DNA from: Marsupella aquatica
Taxonomy: Eukaryota; Plantae; Marchantiophyta
Assembly (NCBI GenBank): GCA_973895155.1
Contig: OZ316891.1
Span: 30,883,112 to 30,947,111 of the forward strand
Reading direction: 5' to 3'
DNA length: 64,000 nt
Shown: piece after piece, positions 63,648 through 64,000 of the stretch
Layout of the letters: each line of letters begins with the position of its first letter
Position numbering within the stretch: the stretch's first letter is position 1
The notes under the pieces: model-generated
What the model was told of the DNA's origin: nothing
The model's input: the letters and a program-made list of their open reading frames with translations, nothing else
The model's database searches: none
Made by a program: the position numbers and the translations under genes

Positions 63648-63745
63648 ACATCCTTAATTAGCTGACAGGAGAAGGGCTTCTCGTTGTTAACTATTGTTGT
63701 ATCAACATCCTTAATTAGCTGACAGGGGAGGGGCTTCTTGTTGTG
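63648..63745. repeat. Short tandem duplication (~57-bp period)
   Basis: ACATCCTTAATTAGCTGACAGG.GA.GGGCTTCT.GTTGT twice. Confidence 0.8.
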
Positions 63746-64000
63746 TCCAGTCAGCTATAGTTGTGTCCAGCCAGGAAAAACATGGTTAATTGCATATCAA
63801 AATGTGACAATATAGGATGTATTATGTCATTCTATACCATAATGAACACAATTATTCTGTTTAAGCCACTAAGCTTTATTCAAAACACATATTCCATTCC
63901 CAGAAAAATGAAGCCTGGATAGACCTCTAGGTTTGTCAAAATTCTCCCATGAATTTTTGCAAGTCAGATGGACCACATTTTACTCACAATGTCACAGGTA

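Overview
Eukaryotic nuclear DNA from a land plant, most likely a moss or other bryophyte. This is inferred from the style of the PLS-DYW protein, the GT-AG introns and the TTTAGGG-type repeats. Host genes: an intronless thioredoxin h (+), a two-exon PLS-class PPR-DYW RNA-editing factor (-), a multi-exon LTI65/RD29-like plus coiled-coil gene (-), a small six-exon coiled-coil gene (+), and the 5' part of an INDETERMINATE-DOMAIN zinc-finger gene (+). Mobile DNA includes an internally deleted Ty1/copia element (Bianca-like; 127/130-bp LTRs, 5-bp TSD), several MITEs and a probable Helitron end with a tandem array. The most notable element is a ~9.8-kb Mutator-like transposon (34647-44472) with ~0.9-kb TIRs and an 8-bp TSD. 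It carries a decayed SWIM-type transposase resembling the angiosperm At1g60560/At4g13970 family, a convergent unknown second gene, and a MITE nested in its left TIR. Many short tandem duplications and a hairpin with a telomere-repeat loop are also present. No CRISPR array, rRNA or intact tRNA was seen. All family assignments come from motif recognition by eye, without database searches.
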